A stretch of DNA of 64,000 bases. It comes from Planctomycetota bacterium (GTDB taxonomy: Bacteria > Planctomycetota > UBA1135 > GCA-002686595). Position 1 is the first letter of the stretch, and each line of letters starts with the position of its first letter. Of this stretch, positions 1-9,241 are shown one piece after another. The translations under genes were made by a program, and so were the position numbers. The DNA is taken from assembly GCA_947484275.1 (NCBI GenBank), contig CANKOY010000017.1, forward strand, positions 1 to 64,000. Direction: 5' to 3'. The notes beneath the pieces are model-generated. The model did no database searches. It saw only the letters and a list, made by a program, of their open reading frames with translations, and was not told the DNA's origin.

Positions 1-200
1 CGAAACTACGTTCGCGGGCGAACCAACAAGGAGCCAAGTAGGACGCCTGCAATGGCGCTGGGCGCGCAGGAGCACCAGTGGAGCGTGCGGCGGCTCCTCA
101 AGTGGAGGGTGGATCTACTCACTTAGGGCCCAGCCATGGGGGGCAGTATTCTGGGGGGGCGCGTTCGCAACTCCGCCCTCCCCCATCTCCCGGAACCGAC

Positions 201-650
201 ATGCTCCGATCACTACAGCTGCTCGCTGCCCCCGCACTCCTCGTGACTCTCGGCTTGTCCACCCAGGACCCTAGGGAGGAGGATCGAATTTTGGTGAATC
301 GTGCCGCACTCGATTACGTCGAGGCGTTCACCGAGGGCAAACCGGAGCTGCTGGATCGGAGCGTCGACAAGAAGCTGGACAAGCTTGGCTTCTACCGCGC
401 GCCGGACGCGACGGAGTACACGCTCATGACAATGAGCCTGGCCCAAGCGAAGGAACTGGCGGCAGGCCTCAAAGCCAGTGGCCAGGTTCCCGACGGGGCT
501 ACGCACAAGATCGCGATTCTCGATTTGATGGACAAGACTGCTGCAGTCAAGGTTGAGGCGTTTTGGGGGATCGATTACATGCATCTCATCAAGGAACGAG
601 ATGCGTGGAAAATCCGTCAGGTGGTGTGGCAGAGCGCGCCGCCGAAGTGA
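201..650 (+). CDS. Secreted NTF2-like/SnoaL-like (putative lumazine-binding fold) protein. The start was moved to an internal ATG that precedes a signal-peptide-like segment.
   Basis: The ORF 78..650 has a hydrophobic stretch MLRSLQLLAAPALLVTLGLS beginning at the ATG at 201. The downstream sequence resembles NTF2-like small proteins. Assignment rests on fold-level resemblance only. Confidence 0.4.
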   Translation: MLRSLQLLAAPALLVTLGLSTQDPREEDRILVNRAALDYVEAFTEGKPELLDRSVDKKLDKLGFYRAPDATEYTLMTMSLAQAKELAAGLKASGQVPDGATHKIAILDLMDKTAAVKVEAFWGIDYMHLIKERDAWKIRQVVWQSAPPK

Positions 651-674
651 ATCGGATGGGTGCACTAGACGCGC

Positions 675-3341
675 TCAGCCGTTCTCACACGTCAGGCCAG
701 CTTCTAGGATGCGATTCTGCAGCGTGTCCGTGTCCCAGCCGAGGTAGAGCGCCGCGCGCGTCTTGTTCCAGGTGCCCTTGCCGGTAGCGGTGCACTTCAG
801 GGCCGAGATCAGCAAGTCCTTGTCGGGATGACGCGACGGCAGACGGGCAAGGGCCTCGTGGCCGAAACGCTCAGCAAGTCCCATAAACATGCCCGCGTCC
901 ACGGCGCGGTCCACGGGGCATAGGACCAACCGATACATCCACTGGGCGAGTTCGCGCACGTTGCCCGGCCACGGCTGGCGCCAAAGAAAAGCCAGAGCAG
1001 AGTCCTCGAGCATCGGTGTACGCAGTCCTGAATGGGCCGCGAAGTGGTGCGCGAACAGGCGCGCCAGGGGCGCGATTTCCGCGCGGCGCTTGGCCAAGGG
1101 TTCGACGCGCAATTCGATGCGTGACAACAACCAGGCCAACTCGGAGGTCAGTGTGGAGTCTTCCGCGGCAGTGGAAATCGAGCGGTCTAGAACAAAATAC
1201 AACCGTCCCGGAGCGTCGCCATTTTCTTCGATGAGCTGAGCCACTCGCGCCTGACGATCCCGAGGCTGATCCAGGAGGCCCTCCACGATCCAGCCGCCGT
1301 CAGCGCCACGCGTTTCCAGGGTGCGCTCGAAATCCGCAGCAGCGCACGAAAGTCGCCGCAGGACACCGGCGCGGCTTGGGCCCTCGAAGTGCAGCCTGCG
1401 CGCCAGAATGCGGCGCCCCGATCCAAAGGGCCCGCTGATCGCGACAGGGCCGCGCGCGCTGGCGAGCGCGACCAGTTGTTCCGGCCCTAACACCGCGACG
1501 GCGGACGCAGGCTCGACGTGCGCATCGTGACCAAAGCGCTGTAGGTGCCAAGTTCGGAATTGCGCAGCGGCGAGCTCTGGTGCGAGCACGTCGGCGCGCG
1601 CACGAAAGCGCTTTAAGTCCGCGACTGAGAAATCACCCCGGCGCGCGGACTCCACCAGCCAGACCCCCAAGACACGGCCGCGCAATCCCACGGGAATCGC
1701 AACGCCGCTCAGTGCTGCGGGATGAAGCGCGAGACTCCGCTCCGCTTCGCTGATCGTCACCGGGAGGCCCGTGGAAATGGCCCGGGAAATGGCGCGGCCT
1801 GCACTAGTCGCGCAGGAGTCAGCCCCAGACGCGAGGTCGGGCGTAGTCGAGAAGTCGCTGGACTCGAGGCCCTCGCCGCCCCGGGCCACTAGCAAGGCGC
1901 CGCCCTCGCGCACGTCGAAGGCCGACCAGCGCCGTTGACTGGTCTTCAGCGACAAGCCTTCGACAAAGTCGCGCAGGACGGCAGCCGCGAAGGAGGCCTC
2001 GTCCGCAAGTTGGGTGGGTATGACGGCAAGGGAGCGACCTGCACGCGGGGCGAGGTGAATCGACCATTCAACTGCAAGTCGCGCCAGGGCGGCGCGCGAG
2101 GGCACGAGGTGGTGCTCGAACTCCAAGCGCAGCCACCCGCGCAGATCACCGTCCACGTCGGACACAGGCACGACGGCCAGGGCGAGTATTGACTGCGGAT
2201 CGATTGCGGTTCGCGCTGGCGCGCACTGCGCCAGTGCGCCGAAGTGCTCGATGCGCGCGCGAGCGTCGCCGAGCATCTGGCACTCGGGTTCGCGCGCATC
2301 CGAGGCGGCTCCATCGCGACCGGTGAGCCACGCACTCAGGCGACCGCCGTGGGCCGGCGCATGGGCGCTGGCCACGATTTGCGCGCGGCCTGGCCCAACC
2401 AATGACCAAGCCGAAAACAGCGCGGCGCCGTGGCTCTTGCGGGCGCCGTCGGCTCGCTGTTCAAGCGCCGCACCGTCAAGCTCAACTCCAGGCGGGCATA
2501 GGGGCTCCCCGGAACTCTCCTGACCTGGAAACCAGATCCCCACAGACGGAAGCCGGGCGCGCAACTCCCCCAGCGAGCGTGGCAGCCGCGCTCGAGCCTG
2601 TGAACTTGAGGCAGGAAAGCCTGCCGAGTTCACGGCTTCACCGGACAGTGCCGCGGTCCAGGTCCACAAGCACTTCAGCCGCGGATCGGCCGGGAGGCGC
2701 GCCGAGGCAGACTCCAGTCGCGCGCGCGCCGCGCGGACCGCACCGCGATCCAAGAGACACTCGACGAGACCAGCAAGTGCAAAATTGGCAAGGGCAGAAT
2801 TGCGTACGTCTCCGCGCGACTTGCCTTGCTGCGAGAGCAGGCGTTCGAAGGCCGCGGCGCCTGCCTGCGCACCTCGCGAGGCACGTTCACAGCGCGCGCG
2901 CCACAGTTCCACGCGCGGCACGCTGGCGCCAACAGACTCGAGTCCCGCCACAAGTCGCTGTGCGACTTGCTCGGCGCGTTCGCCGGGGAGCGGCACGTGG
3001 GCCAGTGGGCACGAATCAGTGCGCTCCTCCTCGAGGTCGCTCCAGGCCTGCTGCAGTTCGCCCGTGCATTCGCCGAAGTGCGCGAAGGAGTCAGCACCCA
3101 CGAGCGCGTAGAGGTGATGACGCAGGAGCTCCTCGTGGACGCGAATCCGACGATCAGCGGCGGAGCGATCCAACTCGTTCCTCGCACGCGGCAAGCTGAC
3201 GTGAACGCTGGCGCTCCCGTGGCTGCGCGCATCGTCGGAGAGCAGCCGCAGGAAGGTCGTCACGCGCTGGGCCCGCTGCCAGAATGCAGGCGCGGCATCA
3301 GGCAGCAACAGCTCCAGCGCATCGGCAGATCGCTCGTTCAT
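675..3341 (-). CDS. Large GAF-domain transcriptional regulator of the sigma-54 enhancer-binding-protein (NtrC/Fis) family, with degenerate AAA+ motifs and a C-terminal Fis-type helix-turn-helix.
   Basis: 888 aa ORF. The C-terminus carries the WPGNVRELAQ signature and a Fis-type HTH (ALYLGWDTDTLQNRILEAGL). The central AAA+ region reads GPFGSGRR where the Walker A GxxGxGK(E/T) is expected. The GAFTGA loop is absent, and ADGGWIVEGLL sits where GGTLFLDEI is expected. GAF-like repeats occupy the N-terminus. Confidence 0.75.
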   Translation of the reverse strand: MNERSADALELLLPDAAPAFWQRAQRVTTFLRLLSDDARSHGSASVHVSLPRARNELDRSAADRRIRVHEELLRHHLYALVGADSFAHFGECTGELQQAWSDLEEERTDSCPLAHVPLPGERAEQVAQRLVAGLESVGASVPRVELWRARCERASRGAQAGAAAFERLLSQQGKSRGDVRNSALANFALAGLVECLLDRGAVRAARARLESASARLPADPRLKCLWTWTAALSGEAVNSAGFPASSSQARARLPRSLGELRARLPSVGIWFPGQESSGEPLCPPGVELDGAALEQRADGARKSHGAALFSAWSLVGPGRAQIVASAHAPAHGGRLSAWLTGRDGAASDAREPECQMLGDARARIEHFGALAQCAPARTAIDPQSILALAVVPVSDVDGDLRGWLRLEFEHHLVPSRAALARLAVEWSIHLAPRAGRSLAVIPTQLADEASFAAAVLRDFVEGLSLKTSQRRWSAFDVREGGALLVARGGEGLESSDFSTTPDLASGADSCATSAGRAISRAISTGLPVTISEAERSLALHPAALSGVAIPVGLRGRVLGVWLVESARRGDFSVADLKRFRARADVLAPELAAAQFRTWHLQRFGHDAHVEPASAVAVLGPEQLVALASARGPVAISGPFGSGRRILARRLHFEGPSRAGVLRRLSCAAADFERTLETRGADGGWIVEGLLDQPRDRQARVAQLIEENGDAPGRLYFVLDRSISTAAEDSTLTSELAWLLSRIELRVEPLAKRRAEIAPLARLFAHHFAAHSGLRTPMLEDSALAFLWRQPWPGNVRELAQWMYRLVLCPVDRAVDAGMFMGLAERFGHEALARLPSRHPDKDLLISALKCTATGKGTWNKTRAALYLGWDTDTLQNRILEAGLTCENG

Positions 3342-3370
3342 CGCAGTCCTCGCGGTTGTTGCTCAGGAAC

Positions 3371-3847
3371 TCAGCACAAGTTGCCGGACAGCGGCAGGGC
3401 GCGAAATTGCTGGGCCGCATCGCGCAATGTGGCGAGACCGCAGGCGGCGCGCGGGAGTCGTCCGGCCAGCTTGCGTCCATGGGCGAGCAGCGACGAGGGG
3501 AAAAGGTGCGTACTCGCGGCGCACTGCAGTTCCTCGCGCAGCAACGCGCCCATCTCGCGGCGCCCAGCAGGCAGGTCCTCGCCACGCTCGAGTGCGTCTG
3601 CGGCCTGATCGAACAGCACGGCCACAGCGCGCGCGATCAGGCCCGCAAGTTCGAGCTCCGCTCGCTCCAGCGAGCAGATCGCCGGAGGTGCGCCCGTCGC
3701 ACTGGAGCAACGCGGCTCTGCCGCAGGACCCAGGCGCGCGAAAATGTGCGCGGAGTCCGCCAGTGCGCGCTCGAGTTCTGCTCCCGAGCAGCGCGAGAGT
3801 TCGAACAGCAGTCGAGCGAAAGGGGTGCTTGTGTTTCGGGGGGTCAT
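3371..3847 (-). CDS. Hypothetical protein, translationally coupled to the upstream sigma-like gene.
   Basis: ATG at 3847..3845 overlaps the TGA stop (3846..3844) of the upstream minus-strand ORF, giving an ATGA overlap. A GGAGC ribosome-binding-site-like sequence lies 5 nt upstream. No recognisable domain. It sits directly upstream of the GAF/EBP-like regulator. Confidence 0.35.
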   Translation of the reverse strand: MTPRNTSTPFARLLFELSRCSGAELERALADSAHIFARLGPAAEPRCSSATGAPPAICSLERAELELAGLIARAVAVLFDQAADALERGEDLPAGRREMGALLREELQCAASTHLFPSSLLAHGRKLAGRLPRAACGLATLRDAAQQFRALPLSGNLC

Positions 3848-4440
3848 GAGGGCTCCTGTCCTTGTGTGCACTCGGGTTCCCGCGCCTCGGTGCTGGCGCA
3901 GACTCCTGACGTCGATTCCGCTCCAAGTCGATTCTCCTGTTCCACTTCAACCGCGGCGACCTGCGCCCCGGGAAGTTGCCCAGCTGCGATCAACACAGCC
4001 TCGAGGCCGTGGCGCGCGCGACGGGCGATTTCGACTCCGCTGACGCCCTGCGCTTTTGCGAGTTCTTCCAATGAACGGCCGGCGATCACCAGTCCGTAGA
4101 ACGCCTGTCGGTCGGGTTCTCGAAGAAGATTGTGAGCCAGGCAAACTCGCCCCATGGCTGTGGGCTCCAGACCGAGAGGTCTCGCCAATTCCACGAAGGC
4201 CGCGAGGATCTCGGCATCGGGCGCGCTGCCACGGCGCTCGGCGGCCGCGTCCTCGCGCAGCAACTCGAAGAGCGCCAAATCGACCAGTTCTGCCAACCAC
4301 GTTTCCAACGGCGGATTGCCGCGGTAGCGGAGGGCCCGGCGCGCGCAGTGTGCCAGGGCACGCAGGTGAACTCGGTCAGCGTCGAACAGGTAGGCCCGTT
4401 CCGTCAAGCGCCTGGAGACGACGACGCGCATGTCGAGGGG
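3844..4440 (-). CDS. Sigma-70 region-4 domain protein (ECF sigma-factor-like). The start is uncertain, since the ORF stays open up to 4821.
   Basis: The C-terminal half contains an HTH that resembles sigma-70 region 4 (RQAFYGLVIAGRSLEELAKAQGVSGVEIARRARHGLEAVL). There is an internal Met at MRVVVSR. Confidence 0.4.
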   Translation of the reverse strand, partial: PLDMRVVVSRRLTERAYLFDADRVHLRALAHCARRALRYRGNPPLETWLAELVDLALFELLREDAAAERRGSAPDAEILAAFVELARPLGLEPTAMGRVCLAHNLLREPDRQAFYGLVIAGRSLEELAKAQGVSGVEIARRARHGLEAVLIAAGQLPGAQVAAVEVEQENRLGAESTSGVCASTEAREPECTQGQEPS

Positions 4441-4939
4441 ATCACCCTGGAGCATCCGCGCCAGAACTTCACGCGGGCTCTGACCGCCGAGGACAGCGCG
4501 CCAGTGCTGGCGTGCGCGAGGCGCATCCTCCGGTTCATAGCCAGTTTGCGAGGGGCTGTTCTCGCGGAGTCGGCAGGTCTCTTCGCTGCTCACGGGACGA
4601 TCCCTCTGAATGGCGCCGGGTGGAACAGAGCCGGAGGAACTCCGGCCGAGCCGCGCGGGGTTCCTCGCGCTTCTCCGCCGCAGTTTAGAGACAGCTCTAA
4701 GAACAGGGGTGGTCGATTCGAGTCGGCCACGCGCGCGGGGCTCCAGAGCGGGAACCGAGCCCGTGGTGGCACGAAATCCCCCCATTAGGTGCACGGGGTC
4801 TATCCCGTAGCACCGGCGCAACTGTGGAGAACTGCAGTGGAACTCCGCTCGCCGCTTCGGCGATGCGGGCCCGGCAATTGGCGCTCCCGCCCATCAGGGG
4901 GGCAAGGGGGGGCAGCGTTTGGTCAGCGGCGCAGCGAAC

Positions 4940-6607
4940 TCACGCGCCCTTCGCGGGCTTCTCAGGTTTCGCAGGGGTCTCATGGACTGCGCCCGCAGCG
5001 TCTTCGGCTGGCGCGGCCGCGGCGGGCGTGTCCTGCGTGGTCAACTTGCCGAAGTATGGCGGCAGTTCGACGCCTCCGATCGTGCGCATCACATCCATCA
5101 AGGGCGGAACGGCGGAGCCGAGGTTCTTCAGAAAACCGGCAGTGCCGCCGCCGTCCTTACCACCGTCCCAGACCGTGATCTTGTCGAACTTGATGTTCGA
5201 AATTGCTTTGGAGGCGGAGTCCGCCAGGTGATCGAGGTGCTCGAGCATCATCAACTGGAACGCTGCGTTCGCGTTGCCCGTTCCCTTGATGATCTCGCGC
5301 AAACCCTCGCCCTTCTTGGCCAGGATCTCGTACTCCCCGCGCGCCTGGGCCTCCAGCTTGGCGAAGATCGCCTTGGCCTCGCCCTCGGCTTCGATCGCCG
5401 TGGCGTTCGCGCGTGCCTGGGCCTCCAAGTTGAGCTTGGCCGCAGCCGCCTCGGCCTCGACAACGATACGCGCCTTTTGCGCGCGCGCGGGTGCTTCGAA
5501 CATGGCGCGCTGCTCGGCTTCGATCTGCTTGGATTTCGCCTCGGCGGCCAGGGTTTGGGCGCGGTACTGCGCTGCGAGCACTTCGGCTTCGGCTTCGCGC
5601 TTGCGGCGCTCGCCGACCGCGTAGGCCTCGGCCTGACGCACCTGCAATTCAGCCTCGGACTCGGCCACCGCGGCCTTCGACTTGTTCTCGCCGGTGACCG
5701 CTTCGGCATTGGCGCGCGCGACTTCGATGCGCATCGCGCGTTCGGCCTCCTTGACCGTGGCCTCGCGCTGATATTCGGCGGATTGCTCGCCGATTTGACG
5801 CTCTTTCATCAAGTCCGCGACGCGCACGGCCATCTCGCGCTCGGCTGTTTTCGTCCCTACTTCCTGATCCTTGACCGCCTCGGAAACCTGGATCGCGCGC
5901 TCGCGATCGGCCTTGGCGACGCCGATGGCGCCAAGTTTGACCTGCTCGGCCACGTCCACCTGAGCCTTTTGGATCGCTTCGCTGGCAGCCTTCTTGCCGA
6001 TGGCCTCGATGTAGCCGGACTCGTCGGTGATGTCGGTGATGTTGACGTTGATCAGCACCAGACCGATTTTCTCCAGCTCAGGCTCGAGATTGTGCTGGAT
6101 GCTCTTCAGGAACCCGTCGCGGTCCTTGTTGATCGCTTCGATCGGCATCGACGCGATCACCTGGCGCAGCTGGCCGAAGATGATGTCCATGGCCTGGTTC
6201 TTGATCTGATCGGTCGTCAGGCCCAGCAGACGAATGGCCGCGTTCTGCATTGCGGCGGGCTCGGTGCCGATCGCTACCGTGAAGTACGACGGCACGTTGA
6301 CGCGGATGTTCTCCGCGGAGAGGGCACCCTTCAGCGGCACCTCGATCTGAATCGGATCCAGGCTGAGGAATTCGTACTCCTGCACCAGGGGCCAAACGAA
6401 GGCCCCACCGCCGTGGAGGCAGCGCGACGACTGGCCGCCGCCGACCTTGCCGTAGATCACCAGCACGCGGTTCGAGGGGCAGCGCTTGTAGCGGCGCACA
6501 AGCACGAGCACGAGGCTCAAGCCGAAAAGCAGGACCGCGATCGCGATCACCACCAACCAGAAGTCGCGCGGAGGGGTGTCTTGAAGCAGCAAGAACGAGC
6601 TTGTCAT
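4940..6607 (-). CDS. Flotillin family protein (SPFH/band-7 domain, YqiK/FloT-like).
   Basis: 555 aa. N-terminal TM helix. SPFH domain. Long Ala/Glu/Gln/Arg-rich flotillin coiled-coil region (EAERAMRIEVARANAEAV...). Characteristic C-terminal tail. Confidence 0.9.
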   Translation of the reverse strand: MTSSFLLLQDTPPRDFWLVVIAIAVLLFGLSLVLVLVRRYKRCPSNRVLVIYGKVGGGQSSRCLHGGGAFVWPLVQEYEFLSLDPIQIEVPLKGALSAENIRVNVPSYFTVAIGTEPAAMQNAAIRLLGLTTDQIKNQAMDIIFGQLRQVIASMPIEAINKDRDGFLKSIQHNLEPELEKIGLVLINVNITDITDESGYIEAIGKKAASEAIQKAQVDVAEQVKLGAIGVAKADRERAIQVSEAVKDQEVGTKTAEREMAVRVADLMKERQIGEQSAEYQREATVKEAERAMRIEVARANAEAVTGENKSKAAVAESEAELQVRQAEAYAVGERRKREAEAEVLAAQYRAQTLAAEAKSKQIEAEQRAMFEAPARAQKARIVVEAEAAAAKLNLEAQARANATAIEAEGEAKAIFAKLEAQARGEYEILAKKGEGLREIIKGTGNANAAFQLMMLEHLDHLADSASKAISNIKFDKITVWDGGKDGGGTAGFLKNLGSAVPPLMDVMRTIGGVELPPYFGKLTTQDTPAAAAPAEDAAGAVHETPAKPEKPAKGA

Positions 6608-6652
6608 GGGAGTCGCTTGGGTTCGCTTGGGATCTCGGACTCGGGTGGAAAC

Positions 6653-7267
6653 TCAGATGGGGTCAACAAGCAGCGTATTGCCCGCCTGGACGGCGGTGAC
6701 TTTGCACAGCGAACCGGTTTTCAATTCCGGCCCCGCGGTGATCGCTCGGTACTGCATCGTGCGGCCCTGGACGACGACCGTGACTGCGCCCTGTCCGGAC
6801 TTTTCGGTGGGAATCGTGAGGTAGACGCGGCCTTCCACGCCCACAGTGTTCTTGACGTCGACCGTGCCCGAGGAGCGCAGCTTGTCGAACTGCATCAGGG
6901 CGAGGCGCGTCAACACGAACGCCATCGAGCCCACGCCGAAGGCGACGATCACGGAAATCAGGCCAGTGGTTCCTTGGGAGACCGCAACCATTCCACCCAG
7001 GCCGAAGAACGTGAGGAACGCCACCACGGCGCGAAAGGACAACCAGCCGCCTGCCCCGCCGTCGTGACTGACGTCGCCGTCAGACCCGACCTCCGTGTCC
7101 ACGTCGTGACCGACGCCGAACAAGGAAAGCAGCACCTGCAACAGCAGGACCACTCCGCCAATGATCGAGGCACCTAGGTACAGCCACTCGATAGCCGAGT
7201 CCGCCTTCAACCAGGGAAAGCCGGAGAAGGCCCCGATGTATGCGAGGGCGAGTTGGGACATGTTCAT
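6653..7267 (-). CDS. NfeD-like/YqiJ membrane protein (flotillin-associated, OB-fold C-terminus).
   Basis: 204 aa with several TM helices and a C-terminal soluble domain. It lies immediately upstream of, and in the same orientation as, the flotillin gene, which is the classic yqiJ-yqiK arrangement. Confidence 0.8.
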   Translation of the reverse strand: MNMSQLALAYIGAFSGFPWLKADSAIEWLYLGASIIGGVVLLLQVLLSLFGVGHDVDTEVGSDGDVSHDGGAGGWLSFRAVVAFLTFFGLGGMVAVSQGTTGLISVIVAFGVGSMAFVLTRLALMQFDKLRSSGTVDVKNTVGVEGRVYLTIPTEKSGQGAVTVVVQGRTMQYRAITAGPELKTGSLCKVTAVQAGNTLLVDPI

Positions 7268-7474
7268 ACGGTGGATGTCTCGTGGATCGACGCTGTCGCG
7301 CGCGTGCGAGTTCGCCGAGCGCGCGTCATACGTCGATGACCCGAAGGGAATTCAGCCCAGAACGGGCAGCGAGCCTACGCAACCGCTGGGCAGGGGGCCA
7401 GCGTTCCCTTGCCGTGCTTGTGGTCGCAGGTGCGCAGGCTAGGATCACCGCCCTCGCCACCGGCAAGACCACGC

Positions 7475-8266
7475 ATGGAATCAAAAGACACTCCGCTTCA
7501 ATTGCTCACTGGCCGCACCGGCATCGTTTTCGGTGTGGCGAACAAGCGCTCGCTGGCCTGGGCCTGCACCAAGTCGCTGTCCCAGTCCGGCATGCGGTTG
7601 GCTCTGACCTACGCGAGCGAGCGCATGGAGCGAACGGTGCGCGAGCTCGCCGCGGATCTGCCGGGCGCGCTCGTGCTGCCCTGCGACGTGACCAAGTCGG
7701 AGGAAGTCGAGGCGGTGTTCGCCAAGCTGAAGGCCGAATTCGGTTTCCTCGACACGATCGTCCATGCCATTGCCTACGCGAAGCGCGAGGAACTCGAAGG
7801 CGATTTCTATCACACGTCGAAGGCCGGCTACATGATCGCCCACGAGGTGTCGTGCTACTCGCTGACCGAGATCGCGCGCTGCGCACTGCCGTTGATGGAG
7901 AATCGCCAGGGTTCGATCGTGACGCTGAGCTATATCGGCGGCGAGCGCGTGGTGAAGAACTACAACGTGATGGGCATCGCCAAAGCAGCTCTCGAAGCCA
8001 GCGTGCGCTACTTGGCACACGACCTTGGACCGCGGGGGATTCGCGTCAACGCGATTAGCGCGGGGCCCGTGCGCACGCTGTCCGCCTCGGGCGTCTCCGG
8101 TTTCAGCGAGGTGCTCGACCACATCGCCACCAACGCGCCCCTGCGACGCAACATTACCGCCGAGGAAGTCGGCGACGCCTGTCTGTTCCTCGCCAGCAAT
8201 TTGTCGCGCGGAATCACCGGCTCCACGATCTACGTGGACGCTGGATACAACATTATGGGCGTCTGA
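7475..8266 (+). CDS. fabI: Enoyl-[acyl-carrier-protein] reductase (NADH), FabI.
   Basis: GIVFGVANKRSLAW N-terminus. Catalytic Y-x6-K context (SYIGGERVVKNYNVMGIAKAALE). C-terminal ITGSTIYVDAGYNIMG typical of FabI. ATG at 7475. Confidence 0.9.
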   Translation: MESKDTPLQLLTGRTGIVFGVANKRSLAWACTKSLSQSGMRLALTYASERMERTVRELAADLPGALVLPCDVTKSEEVEAVFAKLKAEFGFLDTIVHAIAYAKREELEGDFYHTSKAGYMIAHEVSCYSLTEIARCALPLMENRQGSIVTLSYIGGERVVKNYNVMGIAKAALEASVRYLAHDLGPRGIRVNAISAGPVRTLSASGVSGFSEVLDHIATNAPLRRNITAEEVGDACLFLASNLSRGITGSTIYVDAGYNIMGV

Positions 8267-8308
8267 GATTTCAGGCCGCGCGACCGAAGCGCACTTTGCG
8301 GGCCGAGA

Positions 8309-8926
8309 CTACTTCGAACGCTCGGCTGGCCAGCGGATCTGCAGCGACTCCAGGGCGCCGTCCACCTCGGCCGCAACTTCGCCCCACTTCACGGCGCGCA
8401 CAGTCGTGGTCAGAACCACCTGATATTTGCCGCGCCGCCAAACGACGGCGACGAAGCGCATGGGTTCGGAGCCGTTGCGCGGCGTGCCGTTGTAGTCGAA
8501 CCGCAGTACTTTGCGGCCCATGACGTAGATTTCACGCCGGTCCTCCAAGTGCAAGTCGGGATTGACGGCCAGTTCCTCGAGGTTCTCGCGCAGCAAATCG
8601 TCGAGCGAGAGGCCGAAGGCATTCGGCATCAGGAGCAGGTTCATATTGCCGTCGAGAGGATCGGCCTCATTGCGCAACAGGCGCTCGTCGCCGTTCACGC
8701 GACCGAGGGTCCAGTTCGTCGGAATCCTGATGCGTGCATCCACGGAGGTCAGGTTCCACAGCACACCATCCATATCAGGAAACGGCGGCACCTCCACGGA
8801 CGGCGCGACCGGCGCGGAGATCACCGGCGCCGGAGGCTTCTGCGGCTTGCGGGTCACGCCCGTGAGCAGCACGACCCCGACGACGGACAAGACGACCAGC
8901 GCGACGGCAATGAGGGAGGCCTTCAT
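8309..8926 (-). CDS. Hypothetical membrane-anchored periplasmic protein.
   Basis: N-terminal TM/signal anchor (MKASLIAVALVVLSVVGVVLL). No recognisable domain. It is the last gene of the tamB-tamA minus-strand operon. Confidence 0.4.
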   Translation of the reverse strand: MKASLIAVALVVLSVVGVVLLTGVTRKPQKPPAPVISAPVAPSVEVPPFPDMDGVLWNLTSVDARIRIPTNWTLGRVNGDERLLRNEADPLDGNMNLLLMPNAFGLSLDDLLRENLEELAVNPDLHLEDRREIYVMGRKVLRFDYNGTPRNGSEPMRFVAVVWRRGKYQVVLTTTVRAVKWGEVAAEVDGALESLQIRWPAERSK

Positions 8927-9010
8927 AGGCAATAGTGGTCGACCGGATCGCTCACCGGCTTGAGCGGCGGCACAGGGCGCGTGCCGCCCGTGGTTCGGGT
9001 TCCTCCGCCC

Positions 9011-9214
9011 CTATTTGGATGGCTTCTTCAGGCCCAGGCGCGAGAGCAGCCCCGTGGCTCCCGAGCCCAGGAGGGCCGAGATGATCACGACCAATCCAAT
9101 CGGCATCTCGAGCTTGATGCCGAAGAGCCAGATGCGTGCCGCCTGCAGATTGAAGACGACGAAAAGGACCAGGAGCGTGATCAGGATCCAGGCGAGAATT
9201 TGGCGCGAGCTCAT
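9011..9214 (-). CDS. Small inner-membrane protein, LapA-like (DUF1049).
   Basis: 67 aa with two TM segments. Its architecture and spacing resemble the YciS/LapA family. It lies between tamA and the hypothetical gene. Confidence 0.45.
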   Translation of the reverse strand: MSSRQILAWILITLLVLFVVFNLQAARIWLFGIKLEMPIGLVVIISALLGSGATGLLSRLGLKKPSK

Positions 9215-9241
9215 GTGTGGATCATGCCTTGGGAATCGGAT

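Noticed and set aside
2402-4099. Multiple 185-271 aa ORFs on the plus strand over the sigma-54-like regulator and the upstream hypothetical
   Set aside because: They are Arg/Pro/Ala-rich translations antisense to a gene with conserved EBP C-terminal motifs.
4560-4939. Possible tRNA or small RNA in the approximately 400 bp untranslated stretch downstream of flotillin (ggtcgattcgagtcgg resembles a T-arm)
   Set aside because: I could not assemble an acceptor stem, anticodon arm or the conserved GTTC-R-A-NYC T-loop context by eye. It is more likely the 5' region of the sigma-like gene, whose true start is uncertain.
4919-7177. 752 aa plus-strand ORF spanning the flotillin/NfeD region
   Set aside because: It is antisense to the clearly recognisable flotillin and NfeD genes. 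Its translation is Arg/Gly/Asp/Leu-rich low-complexity, typical of out-of-frame high-GC sequence. There is no domain.
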